64,000 bases of DNA from Chrysomallon squamiferum (GCA_012295275.1 CM022673.1:15252001-15316000); one strand, 5' to 3'. Counted from the first letter of the stretch, positions 38,881 to 54,785 are shown. The notes: generated by a model from the letters alone, not told the origin. A program made the numbers and translations.

Positions 38881-41580
38881 GATAATCTCAACACTTTATA
38901 AAATCAACTTCGGTGGCAAAAAAAGCTATGGTTTTGAAATGGTTTACAACTCAAACAATTAACTTTCAGTGCCACACATTGTAAGAACACATTTCGATAA
39001 TGTGTTGAATACAACAGTGACGGAGAAAACTAACACTCGAACTAATTCTATAGCGGTTACGGGCATACTGTATAATGAGTTTAATAATCGAATTAATACA
39101 TATTTAAATAATAATAGTCAAATCTGACACGGATGACTGATTCAGACCATAAATATATATATATATATAATACTATTCAATGAGCTATTTATCGCGTAGA
39201 AAATATGAGATAAACTTATTACATTTGAAACAGCGTTAACATTTAAAATAATTTGAAATTTGAACACGTGTTTCTGTAATTACTTGAATGGCGTGACGAA
39301 AGCGTGACTCAGTATAGAGTATGTGTATAGAAACATTGTTATAAAACACGATTTTGTCATTACTCGACTCTGTAAGTACTCTCATTGCGATCTGTCGATG
39401 CATGAACTGAAAATTACGCGGTGAATGTATAGTTCATCACATTATAAAGTATTTATGGAAACATTATTTCGAGTATACAAAAGGAAATGACGAGTTTGTC
39501 GCTAGAGACACGTTTAATGTAGCCACTGTCATCAGGTGTGTATATATATATATATAAAAAAGAAACATCGTGATATTTCGCTGAAGAATTGATAAAGTTT
39601 AAGTTATAGAAAACAGTTAATTGAACGACAAATAGAATCCAGTCTGAGATATATAGGGCCTGTTGTGTTTCATTAATTGTTCAACCACGGCTCAATTTAA
39701 CTTGAAACTCTGCTTACAATACTTCATGTAGCTTTTTGTACTGAACATTTACAACAACAATTGCACTTTGTGGGACATCAGACAACATGTGATTGATTTT
39801 TATAATATTTTTTTTTGCAGTAATGTGTCTTTGACAATGCATATGTTTACCATTCAAATCAACCGAACTTTTCACTAATATGTGACTGTGTTACTAGCCC
39901 AAATCATCCAGTGTGTTCGATATCAAACTTTTCACGAGTCATAGTTTTTCAGGAACGACGTAAATAAGCAAATTCCACGAAACTGGATACAAGAACTTAA
40001 CCGTATCAGAAATCAATATGGCTGGTACTTTTTTTCTTCATAAAAACAGCTTATGCTCAGACTTGGTTTGTCGTAAACAGAAAATAAATTACGGTATTAA
40101 AACGTTAGTGATTATATTAAGCTTTTCAGCTGAAATTGTGTGTGCAATTTTAATGTTAGAAAATTGAGTCTGATTCCTCTTTTTGTTTGCTTTTCTACTG
40201 ACGGTAGTAATTCATCATTGCCATAAAGATAATTATTATAGTTAATATTAATAATCTTTATTGTTATTATTATCATCATCAAAATTGTTGACAACATTAT
40301 AACAACAATGACGCTGACATCGTCATCAGTCTCATTTTGTTATTATCGTCATCATCGGTATTGCCGTTTTTATTACCATTGTCAATATAAACAGTTTTAG
40401 CGGTATTCTTCTTCTTCTTGTTATTGCTGTTCTTCACAAATTGTAATTCGTTGTATCTACTTCTTTTGTTATTCCCTTGGCCATCAAGTAACTACTGCCT
40501 ATGCTAAAAGTAATACCTGAACCTTTCTATGAACATTAGATTTTAAAGTGTAATAGCATTAGTGATGAAATAGGTTCGCTTTCTCCTGTCGCGTTTAAAG
40601 AAAAAGCCGCATTGTTAACATCTAGATATTAAATAATATTTTGAAACATTGATTCACTGTTTTCAGTGAATTCTGGCAAATGACAAAAGTAATTAATAAA
40701 AGTCAGTTATTATATTAATTTAAAAACTCCGTGCAATTCAGAATGATGCTGACGATGAGGACCAGCTGAAAAATGAAAATCTTTTATATTTATTATCTCC
40801 ATTTCTGTAAAGATATAATACTAGTGAAAACCAATACATGCTTAACTGCTATCTATTCATAACAGAAAACAACAATAATTAATAAATATATATAATAAAT
40901 GTATCTTTTTATTTGAACTCGGTCGTTTAATGATCGGTTCTCCACATGTATCATGCTTCAGGCTAAATGTCTGAAAATTAGGCAAAAGCTAACACACAAT
41001 AATACAGCCAAACAGCTGATAAAATCATTTTATAATATCACTAATAAATTAGTGCTTTCACGTACATCAAACAAACTGCTTGATCAACCTAGAAAAAATA
41101 TGAATAATATAAATTATTTTATTTAATTATACGGTAAAAGGACAGATAAGGAGGCATATTTGTAGTCTCATATCATTTTAGCGAGCAGTATAGCTGTACA
41201 GTGAACATTATAAAAAATTACAGAATGACTGCAGAGAAAACATCAGCTGTTGTCACTTCAACACAGGTATTATCATTATTATTATTATTATTATTATTGT
41301 TTTAATAAAAAACACAATGCTCATTATTCTTTTTCTGCTCCTATATGAATAGCGTAACTCATTATTTATAAAATTATTTGAAATAAGGGGCAATAACTGC
41401 ATCTGCGGACTTTACTAATTGTAGAATTTGATTTTTATTGCACTTAAAAAAGTCTTAAGTATATTGTTATCATTTTGTACATGGCCAACTAAAAACAAAA
41501 TGCAAATAAAAGTAAAATACTTTGAAAGAGACATTTTACAGAGAGAGAAAGAAAAAGTTAGAGAGAAAAATTTCAGCGAC

Positions 41581-41688
<108 letters not shown>

Positions 41689-42467
41689 TAATTTTGACAT
41701 GAAGTATTGTTATGTGTATTCATTCTGCTACTGAATTTTGACAGAACACATTATAAGAAAACATAGCACAGCTGTCCGTCAGAATTCTTAGGTGATGATG
41801 ATATTAAAACTGTTGCTGGGTATAACCCATTAGATATAATAAACACCCCTCTGTCACTGGCCTGAATCCTTGTAACCTAGGAAACAGAGTTCAAAGAACT
41901 GTCGACATTTGAAATTAGTTGACAAAGACAGAATTATTGGTTATCACGTTGTGTTTTTTTTTTCTTTCCAATATCGCGCCTGTATAGTGACATATGTCAG
42001 ACATGAGATTTCATTATCGTATTACTCAAGGTATGTTGTTATTGGTTTTCGATTTTATTTCCAGCAGATCTGCTTTCTCGAGTCCTCTTTGTACGATAAA
42101 GCCTAATTTCACTAAATATATCTTGGGGATTTCGTATTCGAATGAATACTCCGCAGTATGTTCAACTGCAACAGGAGCAAATTAAATGTAATACTGAATG
42201 CAAACCGATTATAATCGTATAATCGAAAAATCTTGGGAGTTGACCAGCCAAAACATGAAGTAAAAAGAACGCTTATTATTTTTTCTTATTTTTTGTTTTT
42301 GATATTTTTTTTTTTTTTTTTTTAATCATTGTGGTTTGTTAATACAGTTCTTTTTGATCGTTACAGAATAAAAATAAATGTAAAAAAAATATATTATCTT
42401 AGAAAAAAACAGAAATTATTCCTATCTATATGATGATATTAACAGGTAGAGCGTAATAAGAGAACAG

Positions 42468-42508
<41 letters not shown>

Positions 42509-42794
42509 AACAACAACTAAATAAGAAAAACATAAAAAGGATATAAAGTGAACTCATTTGAACAGAATGTAGTCAATACCCTGCGTTTGCTAAGAAGTCG
42601 GTTGAGTTATCTTATAAAATGAAAAAAGAAATAACTTTATACAACAATAACCATAATAAATAAAACAGTATAATAAATAAAATAAAGGAAACAAATAAAA
42701 AATATAAATACAAATAATTATATAAAATTAGATAATTAAAAAGAAAAGAAAAATCACAAGAAAAACACAGCAACAGGGCAGTTATGTAAGACTA

Positions 42795-43230
42795 TTTTTA
42801 TGTTAACAATGTCTCTGTGTAAAACATACAATGTATTGTCATGAATCCTGAAAGAAGAAACCCGTAGCCTCAACACTATCAACCACGTCTATGGATTTAA
42901 ATTTTAGATTTTTTTAAGAGCAAGAAAGAGAAACCGTTTCAAGTCGAGAAACACTGCCTGAAAGATTTTTATTCCTTTCCTGCCCTTACAGCGTCTCTAG
43001 CTATTACTTCAATTAAGGTACAACCGTTGGCCTTGATCTCAGAAATGAATCAGTATTTCACGATATGCCAGTACATGTCAGATTAATAATTAAATGTTAA
43101 GAGTTACGTTTTCGTGTATTATGAATAGTTCAGACACGAACATTCAGTGAAAACACTAAGATCTACTCCCACTGTTTGTTAGGAAAGCACATACCATGGT
43201 TGTTAATAAATCGGTAGTGTAGATCAACAT
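42795..43230 (-). mobile_element. Interrupted degenerate SINE-like copy
   Basis: GAAAGAAGAAACCCGTAGCC (~42850) matches the 31830 motif. TCCCAC...AGGAAAGCACATACCATGG (~43167-43200) resembles the family core as I recall it. Confidence 0.4.
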
Positions 43231-44487
43231 GGCAAGAAAAAAAACAATGGGAAAGTCAGGAAGAATTGTTATGCACGCTATCAAAATATGATCACTTCAA
43301 TCCAGTCTTACAAACATAGAAAGTGATCTCGTACATCAATTTTGTCGTTTTGACTAATGCATAAGTTATATATTATCTCTAAACAAATGCAATCTTATTT
43401 TTTAGGACTGGTTAAGACATTTTCTTGTATATATGTATCTGGATGTTTAACCGCATTCGAAGAATACTTTGAAATTAGATTATTTAGCACTTAAAGAAGC
43501 CGCATATTTTTATGATATAAAGTTCAGTCTACGTGGCAGTATTATCCAGTAGATAACAACATTTTCAAAAACAGTTAGAATCGAAATTCCCTTTTTGTAA
43601 AATACGTTACTGAAATATTTGCTAGATATATAAATAGCAAGTTGTTTAAAGGTCATGTCTTGAATACAGAACACGTAACGTAAAATCTATATCAAATGTT
43701 TATGCAGATAAGATCAAATGTTTGCAATTTGACATGAGAAAGATATTAATTATGCGTGTTTCGAGTACAGTAATTTCTTTCATAAAAATCATTGTTCTGT
43801 TCTTTGTCAGTATAATGCAAGCTATGACGCAGTACATACACAAATGTACTAGTAACTTCTTGAACATAGTATTTTAGAATAAAATACCTTTTATTAGTAT
43901 GCACCTTACTTAAATTTCTCAGTAAAATGCACACAAACACACATACAACCCATACACATACACACATATAAACACGGATATAAATACACATATACACATA
44001 TGACATATTTTCGTCTATTCGACTCTGTAATAAATTAATGTTGCTTGTTTACTTACGAAACTACTCATAGATTCTTAAACCTGTTTTGTTAGACCTTAAA
44101 GCGAACAGATCTATCAAGTTTAACAAGATGATAAAACTGTTTTATATCTCTGTTTTCTAATAACTGATAAGTCAGACTCACATGGGGTACATCTATGAAC
44201 CGTTTTGTAAATAAACTAGCGGATTTTATTTGTAGAATAAATTTGGAAAAACAAAAACATCGTAGGTAATAGATTATTCTGGATGATTTCCAGAATCTGA
44301 AATAAAACAGTGATCTTTTTGTTAGTGAACATGATAGCAGTAATGATAATAACATCAATGCTTTTAGTGAAATTAATAGAACACAAAGTCGCGGGGACCT
44401 TGAACAAACATGCAGAGAAATGGACAAATAAATAAATGAATGAATAACATGGAATATACAACGAATATCTCTACAGTTAACACTGTC

Positions 44488-44488
<1 letters not shown>

Positions 44489-44538
<50 letters not shown>

Positions 44539-44794
44539 TGATGATGATGATGATGATGATGCCGATGTTGATAATGATGGTGGTGATGACGATCACAGTT
44601 ATTATGATAATGATTATAACTACGACACCGATGACCATGATGATGATAATAATAATGCTGATGATAATGATAATAATAATTATGGTGATGATAATAATTA
44701 TGATGATGATGATATTGATAAGAATAACAACAACAACAACAACATCAAAAACAATAGAACAAAAACAACAACAATAATAACGACAACAACAACA

Positions 44795-44845
<51 letters not shown>

Positions 44846-44870
44846 TTGATAATAAATAAATAAATAATAC
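44489..44870. repeat. Compound (AAT)/(GAT)/(AAC) trinucleotide tract
   Basis: Read directly. Confidence 0.93.
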
Positions 44871-45631
44871 ATTATAACAGCGAGATTAAGACATAAGCTA
44901 CAGTAACAGAACGAACCCCTACAACTCGTTGAAACTTCAGTGATAGCTGCTGAGACGAATCACGGGTCTAACAGCTGAGTTACTGGCGATAGAACGTTAT
45001 CTTTCCCGCCTGATAAACCGCACTTTGCGTTCTCTCAACCAGTGCATCAGTTGGCGCGGATCGTTCAGAAGGCTGCTTCACATCTGACCTCATTTGCATC
45101 AGGTGTGGAAAAAAATAACATTGAATCAGGTGCGGTTCCATTATTTCAGGAAACGGGTAGCGTCATTTAACAGATATAGCTTTCAACGAAAAAAAACAAC
45201 AACAAACAACCCAGGATATTATCATAGTAGTTTCACCCTGCATTTAAACGGGAAAAAAAATGAACTAACTCGAAACCGCGTCGTCAGAGAACGTGCAGTT
45301 AGCGAGATCTGGTCATTCACAGTGAATCTAAAATGACTTCTGTTATCGCGTGGCACTTCATCTATTTAAAGAAGAAAGTCGGTACAGATCTGTCTAAAGA
45401 CTGAGATGATGATACTTTATTTTATTTTTGTCAAAACGACTTTGCCCACGCCTCATACGTACAAGATCTGTGTCCAATAGGGGGCTTTATAATTGCTGTA
45501 CATAGTCAAACTAGATTTATAAAAGGGAGAGAGCAGTGAAAACGATCAATAACAATTAACAAAAAAACTCATGCTAAAAATTAATAAATAATAATAATAA
45601 CATTTTTTATTTTAATTTTTTGAAAAAAATG

Positions 45632-45675
<44 letters not shown>

Positions 45676-46611
45676 GGATGGCAAGACAGACTAACAACTG
45701 CCGAGATAAATTTAAAGGAAAGAAAAGAAGGACAATGAAAAAGAGAAACAAAAGAAAAAAACCTTAAATAAAGTTCAACACCCGCATAAAGGAATATAAT
45801 TTATTTTAAACTTCACTCTCTTTAGGTATCAAATTTCGATTCCAAAATTTAGAACCGTTTGCTGTAAACACCTACAGAACTTTTGCTAAAATTAAATGAT
45901 GCAATGACCATAAAGTAACTACAAAGAAAGTCAATTTAGGACAGAAAATTAATAATTTGAAAGCCATCTTTGGAGCTTTTAAGAATCCATGTACGTTTAA
46001 CGTCGTTTGTCTTAAAGATTTTCAGACAAATAAATGGAAAATCCAATATCGCTCGTGTGCGCAGATATAAAGCAATTATCATCATTTTATGCCTGTAACC
46101 ACCGTCACCATGTTCGATATTTTAGAAAAATATTGACGGTTATAGTGCAGGTTGTGACATCTTCCTTAAGTTTTACAAATAACCAACATCTCAAATATTG
46201 ACCGCTTGTCGTTAATTTGAAAGTCGTGTCCACATAATAAAAATATCGATTATGTTCACGAATGCATAATTTCCGATACAGTTATATCTTTATTGAGGGT
46301 CAGAAAATGATGAATTCTAGTGTTATTACTCTTGGTTTATGTTCATGACGTTGCAGTTGACACAAAACGTTTATAATCAACATCTAAAATATTTAATTTT
46401 CTGCTCTCGATTAATAAGAAAATTGTAAGTAAGTGTCTGGAATCGGAGATTAACGGCAGTATGGTGCTCCTTAATTCTGATGAAGGTAAAACAGAAATGA
46501 TGAAGGTAAGGACAAAAGACAAAATCTCGCTAAATCATAATTTTGTCCGATTTTTGTTTTGTACATTACAACTATTTAGAAAGATTCAAGTATGATATAC
46601 ATAGCTAGATA

Positions 46612-46747
<136 letters not shown>

Positions 46748-48417
46748 AACAAGACACAACCAAATCAATAGAAGGAAATCTAAAAAAAACGGTAACTTTC
46801 TACAAGTGACATCAGTGTAGAAGACATTGTTTTTGTGAAATATTACAAATTATCTGATTTAAAATAAAGAGGATAGCAAGATAAATGCACTGGAAATTTT
46901 CATAATACAAAGTATGTCGCAAATACAACGTAACATATATTAAGATATGAAAATAATTTTTTACAATGGTCAGACTGTATTGAAAATTTAACCACTGGGC
47001 TAGCCTTTGAAAACTATTATGATAAATCTAATCAGAGACACGCAGTTGACAATGAAGATAATTATATTAATAACATTAAGCAGTACAACATTCATGTATT
47101 TAGCTTTATTTATAATATTAAATCATTTAGTCTAAAGCACAGCTATCAGTACACCTACACCAATAGTCAATGAACAGAATTTGGTTACATTTTATATTCG
47201 GTCTGTAAGTCATTTAAGTATTCTGTTATTCCAGACTGTTTTTGTAATACAAATCGTAACTCCACATCTTTCTTCATTGACATTTTGACAATCAGTAGAA
47301 GATGCATTTAGGAATCACGAAGACGCCGAAGGCTGAATTGGTTGCACAACAAATTCATTACTGTTAGCACGATCGGTATTTTACAAGCCGTATGGCTTTT
47401 TTGTCCATAGGAAATTGGTCCATCGACAGTTTTACTTTGATCATTAATAAAGAGATATCATTTCCTATGTAAAATGATTAAGTTGCGACTCGCATATTTA
47501 AAAATAAATGATCTTCTCATCGTCTCCTAGTTACCTCATTCATAGAGCTCTTCGGCTTTTTGTGAAAAGAAATTTAGAACGTAATTAAAATAATAACTAG
47601 ACATACACTTTTTGCTTGCTAAGTGTAAGAGGAAAGACGCAAATGATGAGGTAACGGTTGGTTTTGTATTTTCATTCATACTTTAACTAAACTATCACCA
47701 TAACCACTAAGTAATCATTTTTATAATTAATATTAAATAATAATTTCATATCTTCACGAGCAGTGAAACACCATAAGACTGTACAAACGTAATCATCCTA
47801 TTAATAATTTACACGGGGTAGTAGTACGTTTAAAATTAGTGAAAATTGCAAACGAAGAAACATTATACAAGACAAAACAATTTTGCTGTGAGTGTTTGGG
47901 CTTAAAAATAAAGTGGAAACATTTTTAGGAATTGTCACCAATTTAATAATGATAATAACAACATCATCAACAACAACAACAACAACATTAATAATAATAA
48001 TAAATATATAGAAAAAATATATGACAGAGAAATGTGCTTACGTTAGAACTGAGACACATGAATAATGTCTTTAATCAGTGGTAATGGTACGTGATAATTG
48101 GAAGCATACTCCATGAAAACTGAATAAACTAATTTTACATCGAGCTACGCAGAGCTATATTAGATAACAAACGATTCAAGGGAACATCAGAATGCTGTAC
48201 ATCTGGTTGAAGTGTTATTAGAGATGAATTTTTAAAAGGTTACCATAGGATCATTTATCGTTGAAAAAGAAAAATAACAATAATTTCAGTTGCATTTGTT
48301 CATTAATTATTTCTGAACTGAATCAGTACAGGAAATAAAAAATCTTTTTTTGATTTTGATGCATGTCGTTACATCTGTAATATTACATACTGTTGTTAGA
48401 AATACACAAATAACAAT

Positions 48418-48568
<151 letters not shown>

Positions 48569-49964
48569 TGTTTTGTTTTGTTCTTTGATAATAAAAAACT
48601 AATAAAAACATTCGAAGAATAGAAATTACATTGGAAATGGCACAAAAAATATATATATTTTATTGTTTTGCATTTAAATATCTACGAGATTCATTTTGCT
48701 TCACCGTTTATTCCATTGGTAGGGAAATCGATTCTGTTTCAGCGTTATCTACAATTGGATTACAAAATTAATCTAACTCTCTGTTTATCACAAATAATTT
48801 TATTAATTCTAATCATTAGGTTAACACTAGTAGCCATGCGTTTGCATTAAACTACTTTTTATTTCGGAAATAAACAACAGAAGGTAATCATGAAGTTACG
48901 TCTAGTCTGAAATGGAAGTTTCTGTCAGACGTAGAATTAATTACGTGATAATAAAATACAAATCACCTATTCAGTTATTTTGTTTGTGTTGGGAACGACA
49001 ATACATCGTATCTGTTGCGTAAACCTTCATTAAGAAGATACAAAAGTGTATTATTAACAAACGTGTTTTCTCAAGTATGTGATATAATGCTATTTCATAC
49101 TTATGGTATATTACCCTGTTCATTATTTCAAATCATTTGATTAAATTTGTTTTGTGGGATAATTACATAAAGAAAAAAACCAATATCAGTTCGTTTTTCT
49201 CTCACAATACAGAATACATAATATATCTCGTTTTCCTTACAGTTTGAATAACCTCAACTAGAAAAGCATTTACTTAAGTCCATAAAGTTGAAAAGTTAAA
49301 ATCAGTGCTATATTATCATTTTTTTCCGACCTATTTAACGAAAAACCAGGTTTCGTTGCAGTTTTGATGATTCTTTTTTTAACCTAGTAAAGATGATCAG
49401 ATTTACCGCTAATGGAAATCGCCTCTGTTGAAAACGTACTTGTTAATAGAGGACCTGTTTTCATGTCAGAGGAAAATAAAAATAGAAACTTGTCAACTTC
49501 AATGCCATATACTTTTCAATTTGAAAGCCTTTCTGAAACCTTTTTATTTTAACCTTTAGAAAATTGCAACAATGCATTCAGCAGATTCATACATGCAATA
49601 TTCATGGCACAAGCAAATATATTTAGACACGCTGTCAATATCACGGCATACAAATCACTGAAGACGTAGTCCAGAGCTTGATATTCATAAAGCGTCTTTG
49701 TACAGAGGCATCTTAAAAACAAGAGTTCAAGATGACCCGTTCAGCTTTTGCTGTGAATAACAGATACAAATAATCATGTTCGTTACACCGCTGTGGATGT
49801 CAGAGCGCTCAGATAGGTGACTGTGTTTTCTTTAGTTTAAATCAATTCTTATATTTCTGAGATACGTCTTCTGATTTCTTTTCTTTTCTTTCCTTATTTT
49901 ACTCATACTGTGTATTTTGTTTTTACCTACATTATTGTTCTTCATCTTAGTCGTGTTATTGGTT

Positions 49965-50008
49965 TTATTATTACTGCTACTACTACTCGTATCATTTATA
50001 TTGCTACT

Positions 50009-50069
<61 letters not shown>

Positions 50070-50130
50070 TTACTACTACTACTACTACTACTACCACCAC
50101 TACTACTATTACTACTGGTACAACTACTCT
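49965..50130. repeat. (ACT)n microsatellite
   Basis: Read directly; explains the poly-T and poly-L ORFs. Confidence 0.94.
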
Positions 50131-50475
50131 GCTTCTACTATTTTTGCGGCTCTTCTTCTTGTTATTATTATTTATTCTTTGTTTCTTCTCTTTTCTTTGT
50201 TTCCTCTCTGTTTTTTGTTTCCTCTCTATTCATTACTTCATAACTTCACTTACATTTAAATCCTTTCTATAATAAAAAGGAATCATTTTGTATGGAAGAA
50301 GTAAGGTTTTTAATTTAACAGTTGTTGTTTTTGTCTTTTTTTTTTTTTCTTTTTTTTTACCATTTTCTCTTCTTGTCTTTTCTGTTTCAGAATAGCAAAA
50401 ATTAAAATAAAATTGACCTAAAAAAGAAATTAAATTAAATATAATAAAGTTTAAAAAACAAATACATGAAAGATA

Positions 50476-50478
<3 letters not shown>

Positions 50479-50517
<39 letters not shown>

Positions 50518-50590
50518 TAAAACTATAGAATTGCAATGATTAAACACACAAAACAAGAAATATATTTTTTTAATAAATTAAACTAAATAA

Positions 50591-50652
<62 letters not shown>
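50479..50652. repeat. (AAT)n and (TA)n microsatellites
   Basis: (AAT)n at 50479-50516; (TA)n at 50593-50652. Confidence 0.93.
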
Positions 50653-50655
<3 letters not shown>

Positions 50656-51752
50656 TGTATAACAAACACCCCCATGAAAAAAACCGCAGAAACAATACTA
50701 AAACACACAAACGAATAAAACTGATAATATATGTAAAAAATAAATTAAATTAAATTAAAAAAGAATAAAAAAAAAACACACACAAAAAAAAAAAAAAAAA
50801 AAAAGGAAAAAGAATAAAAAGAAATTCCAAAAAAAAAGGAAAAAAAAAGAGGAAGTAATCAACAAAAACAAAATAAGTGAATTTTTTTATTGATGTAATT
50901 GACCCATGATGAGATCAAAATGATGATCGATATTTTTCCTATACACTGAAATTAATAATGAATATTAATGGGGCTAATTAGAAAGGATGAATAAAGTCAA
51001 GAATTTCAGACGCATTATGGATTAAATAATATCAGTAACAATAAAAACAATAAAAACGGTAATACTAATACTAATGATGATGATGATGGTGATAATGATG
51101 ATAATAGTAGTAATGATGATCATGATAATGATGATGATGATAAGAATAATAAGAATAATGGTCTTATTTCCACTTTTGCACTTTAAAATTTCGAAATCGT
51201 ACTTGGAGTTACTTTTATTCAAACTGCAACATCCATCGGAACCCAGACGTTCCTTAATGATGCGAAACTTAATTTTACAAAAATCCATTCCGTATCAGTA
51301 AAATGTTCCAAATTTACAGTAATTGAGATAAACAGAGAAGTCTGATATGTATAATAGTTTCAAAGAAGACACAGCGTACAATTATTGGAAAACAAACATA
51401 GAGTAAAACATCGTTATGGCCAGCCTGACGTTTCCAATTGATGGCAGAAAAGTAATTTCAGAGTTAAAACCACGATGTTATTTTAAATATCCCGTTAAAT
51501 GTAAATCTTTCCGTTTAGGCTAATATTATAAATGTCTTGTGTAACCTGCGGATCACTGCCTTAAGTTATAGGTCTAGACAAACTGCTTTACAATCCATTG
51601 CTTCTTCTTGTTCTTCTTCTGATGTTCGAAGCATGGAAATAGTTCTGAATGTCAGGAGAAATCGGGCATTCTGATCTGTTTTCAGTTCACTTAAGTTATG
51701 AAACTAAGTAAATATGTTGAAAACAAAAACATTTAAGTGATTATGAATGTAG

Positions 51753-52020
<268 letters not shown>

Positions 52021-52085
52021 TTTGATAAATATATATCTGTATGTATGTATGCTTGAATGTGTTTCTGTACGTTGAGTATGCATAT

Positions 52086-52193
52086 ATGTATGTATATGTG
52101 TATGTTTGTATGTGTATAACGTTTGTATGCATGCATACATGTATGTATATGTGTATGTTTGTATGTGTATAACGTTTGTAAGCATGCATACAT
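52086..52193. repeat. 53 bp tandem duplication within TATG-rich simple sequence
   Basis: ATGTATGTATATGTGTATGTTTGTATGTGTATAACGTTTGTA(T/A)GCATGCATAC at 52086 and 52139. Confidence 0.85.
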
Positions 52194-53728
52194 CATGTAA
52201 TTAATGTAAGTCTCCACATGTACCCATGTACATACATACGTATTTAAAATTATCTTATATTTTATCCAAGAATTGTTTAAAGCAAACTCATATAAACTGA
52301 TAAAAATAAATATTAAAATTAAATTCTATTTAAAAAAAAAAAAATGAATTCTAATTATAATGCTACACGAAGTGCTGAATATTGATTTAATTTTTTTTTT
52401 AAATTTAAAATTTAAAGCAGTGAAGTGCGTTTGACAGATGAACAAATGAACATGTTGTGGGCAATGGGGCGAGAGGCAGCTGTTTGTGAAAACAACTCTC
52501 CTCATTTGCATCCTTTCTTCCAGATCGCTTCATCTTACTTGTTTTTATCTTAGATTTATTTCTGGGTTTGTTTCATTGACGTATTATATTTCATTGTCCA
52601 ATAAGAGGAACATAACTGAATTTATACATATGGATACAGTTTAAATGAATTTTAGAATTTAAAATTTAATATATATATATAAATGAAATAAAGTAAAATA
52701 AAATAAAAAAATAAAATGAAACAAAATTAAACAAAATATAAGAGAAATAAAATGAAATTAATTAAAAAAAAGAAAAAAAGATACCCCCCCAAAAATAAAC
52801 AAGATTTAGAAAAAAACGGAAAAAGAAAAAAAAAGAAGAAAAAAGAAAGCCTAGCCCCCTCAAACAAACGCAAACAACAACAAGAAAAAAAAACCGCAGC
52901 AAACAACACTGAAATAAAGATAACAAAAAAAACAAAAAGCAAACAAAAACACCCCTAGATTTTAAAATTAAACTCGATTTATGAACTATAGAATTTATTG
53001 TTTTAAAATTAAATAAAATCTGTTTGTTTCTCAGTGGAAATTATAATGATGTGATAGGTAATGTAATTTATTATATAATTTTATTTTAACTAAATCATTA
53101 AAAATAACAGAAATAAAATAAAAACAAAATGTTTTTCACATAAAACTGAAAACACAGAAAAATTAAATACAAAGCAAAAATCTTTAAAATAAATAAATAA
53201 ATAAATTAAAACAGCAACAACAACAAAATAATAATAATAAACAATCTCCTATATCGAAAGCAACAACAACAATATCATTGCTTTGATTTTCTAAAACATT
53301 TACACATAATTCTATTAGATTTCATTCATGATAAACCATCAAATTTTCACAGCTGGACATGGTACAAGACACATTTTTATCTATATTTTTTCGTTGTAGC
53401 ATTTAATATATGTCTTACATTATAACATATTTTTGTCAAAGAGAGGGAGACAGCAATGAGACAACTTATTTTGTCACTGTGTGATTCGACAGAATTGTGC
53501 TAGATCTGATTACCAGCGAAATGAAAAATGTTTTCAGGAAGGAAAATGAATGAAGAAGCTAAAATAAAATTGCTAGGAGGAACTGACCTGATTGTTGAAA
53601 ACATTTTTGTGCCATTTATTCCTAGAAGCTGACAAATGACCATTACAGATAGGGTGCAAACAATTATGTCTGTATGTTTTCGCAATTCTGTGACATGTAG
53701 AAAAACAGACGAACAAATATAGGGCCAG

Positions 53729-53729
<1 letters not shown>

Positions 53730-53810
<81 letters not shown>

Positions 53811-53811
53811 T
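53730..53811. repeat. (TA)n(TG)n compound microsatellite
   Basis: Read directly; alternating purine-pyrimidine run. Confidence 0.95.
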
Positions 53812-54429
53812 TATAAATGTAAATGCGGGCAAAAACACACACAAAAACAAACACAATCCAAACACATGTATACAGATAGGTATATACATATATAAATATA
53901 TTTTCATATCTACATCCATCCATCCATCCCCACCTACCTACCTAATACATATAAACATATATATATACATAATATATATATGTGTGTGTGTATATATATA
54001 TATATATACATACACCATACATTCATACATACATTTTTTGTACAAACATCCATACATACATAAAAAGTCATATAAAAAAACCATAATTCTGATGGATTCT
54101 AGATATTTATGGATCTCTGACCCAGGTGCTATCTCGCTTTCAGTGTTCACACACCTTATTTCTTTGAGACTAATTGACTTCTTGTACAAACAAGTGTTTC
54201 CTCCAGAGGGTGATTAGTACGGTTACTGACCTGAAGTGGGAAACACGAAATTAACCTAATACTAATACTAGCAGTTAATGTCTGTCAGCGCTGGTAAAAA
54301 TTAGAGTTAAGAGATTTCGAGACCTATTTGACAAAACGAACCGAATCGTTTTTTGAATCCTGTAGGCAGAAATAATCACATCGGTCAATGACAGACAGAA
54401 TTACGTTTATTGAGAATTAAGATTACAGG

Positions 54430-54540
54430 GTTTATTTAACGTGAGACATTTTGTTAATAATCCCCATTTTTGGTTGTATGTCACGTATTTGTATGACACT
54501 GGTACGTGCTGGTAAAGGACATGACAGAAAGGTGAGGCTA
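54430..54540 (-). mobile_element. SINE-like 3' tail fragment
   Basis: TTTATTTAACG...TTTTGGTTGTATG...TGGTAAAGGAC shares TTATTTAAC with the copy at ~60791. Confidence 0.35.
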
Positions 54541-54592
54541 GAACAGCTACATAGATAGAGAGGGAGAGAGATATATAGACAGGTAGATAAAT

Positions 54593-54785
<193 letters not shown>

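Noticed and set aside
47406-47469. 10 bp inverted repeat CATAGGAAAT...ATTTCCTATG, considered as a pre-miRNA or MITE
   Set aside because: The stem is too short and the 44 nt interior does not pair. Compatible with chance or an old MITE.
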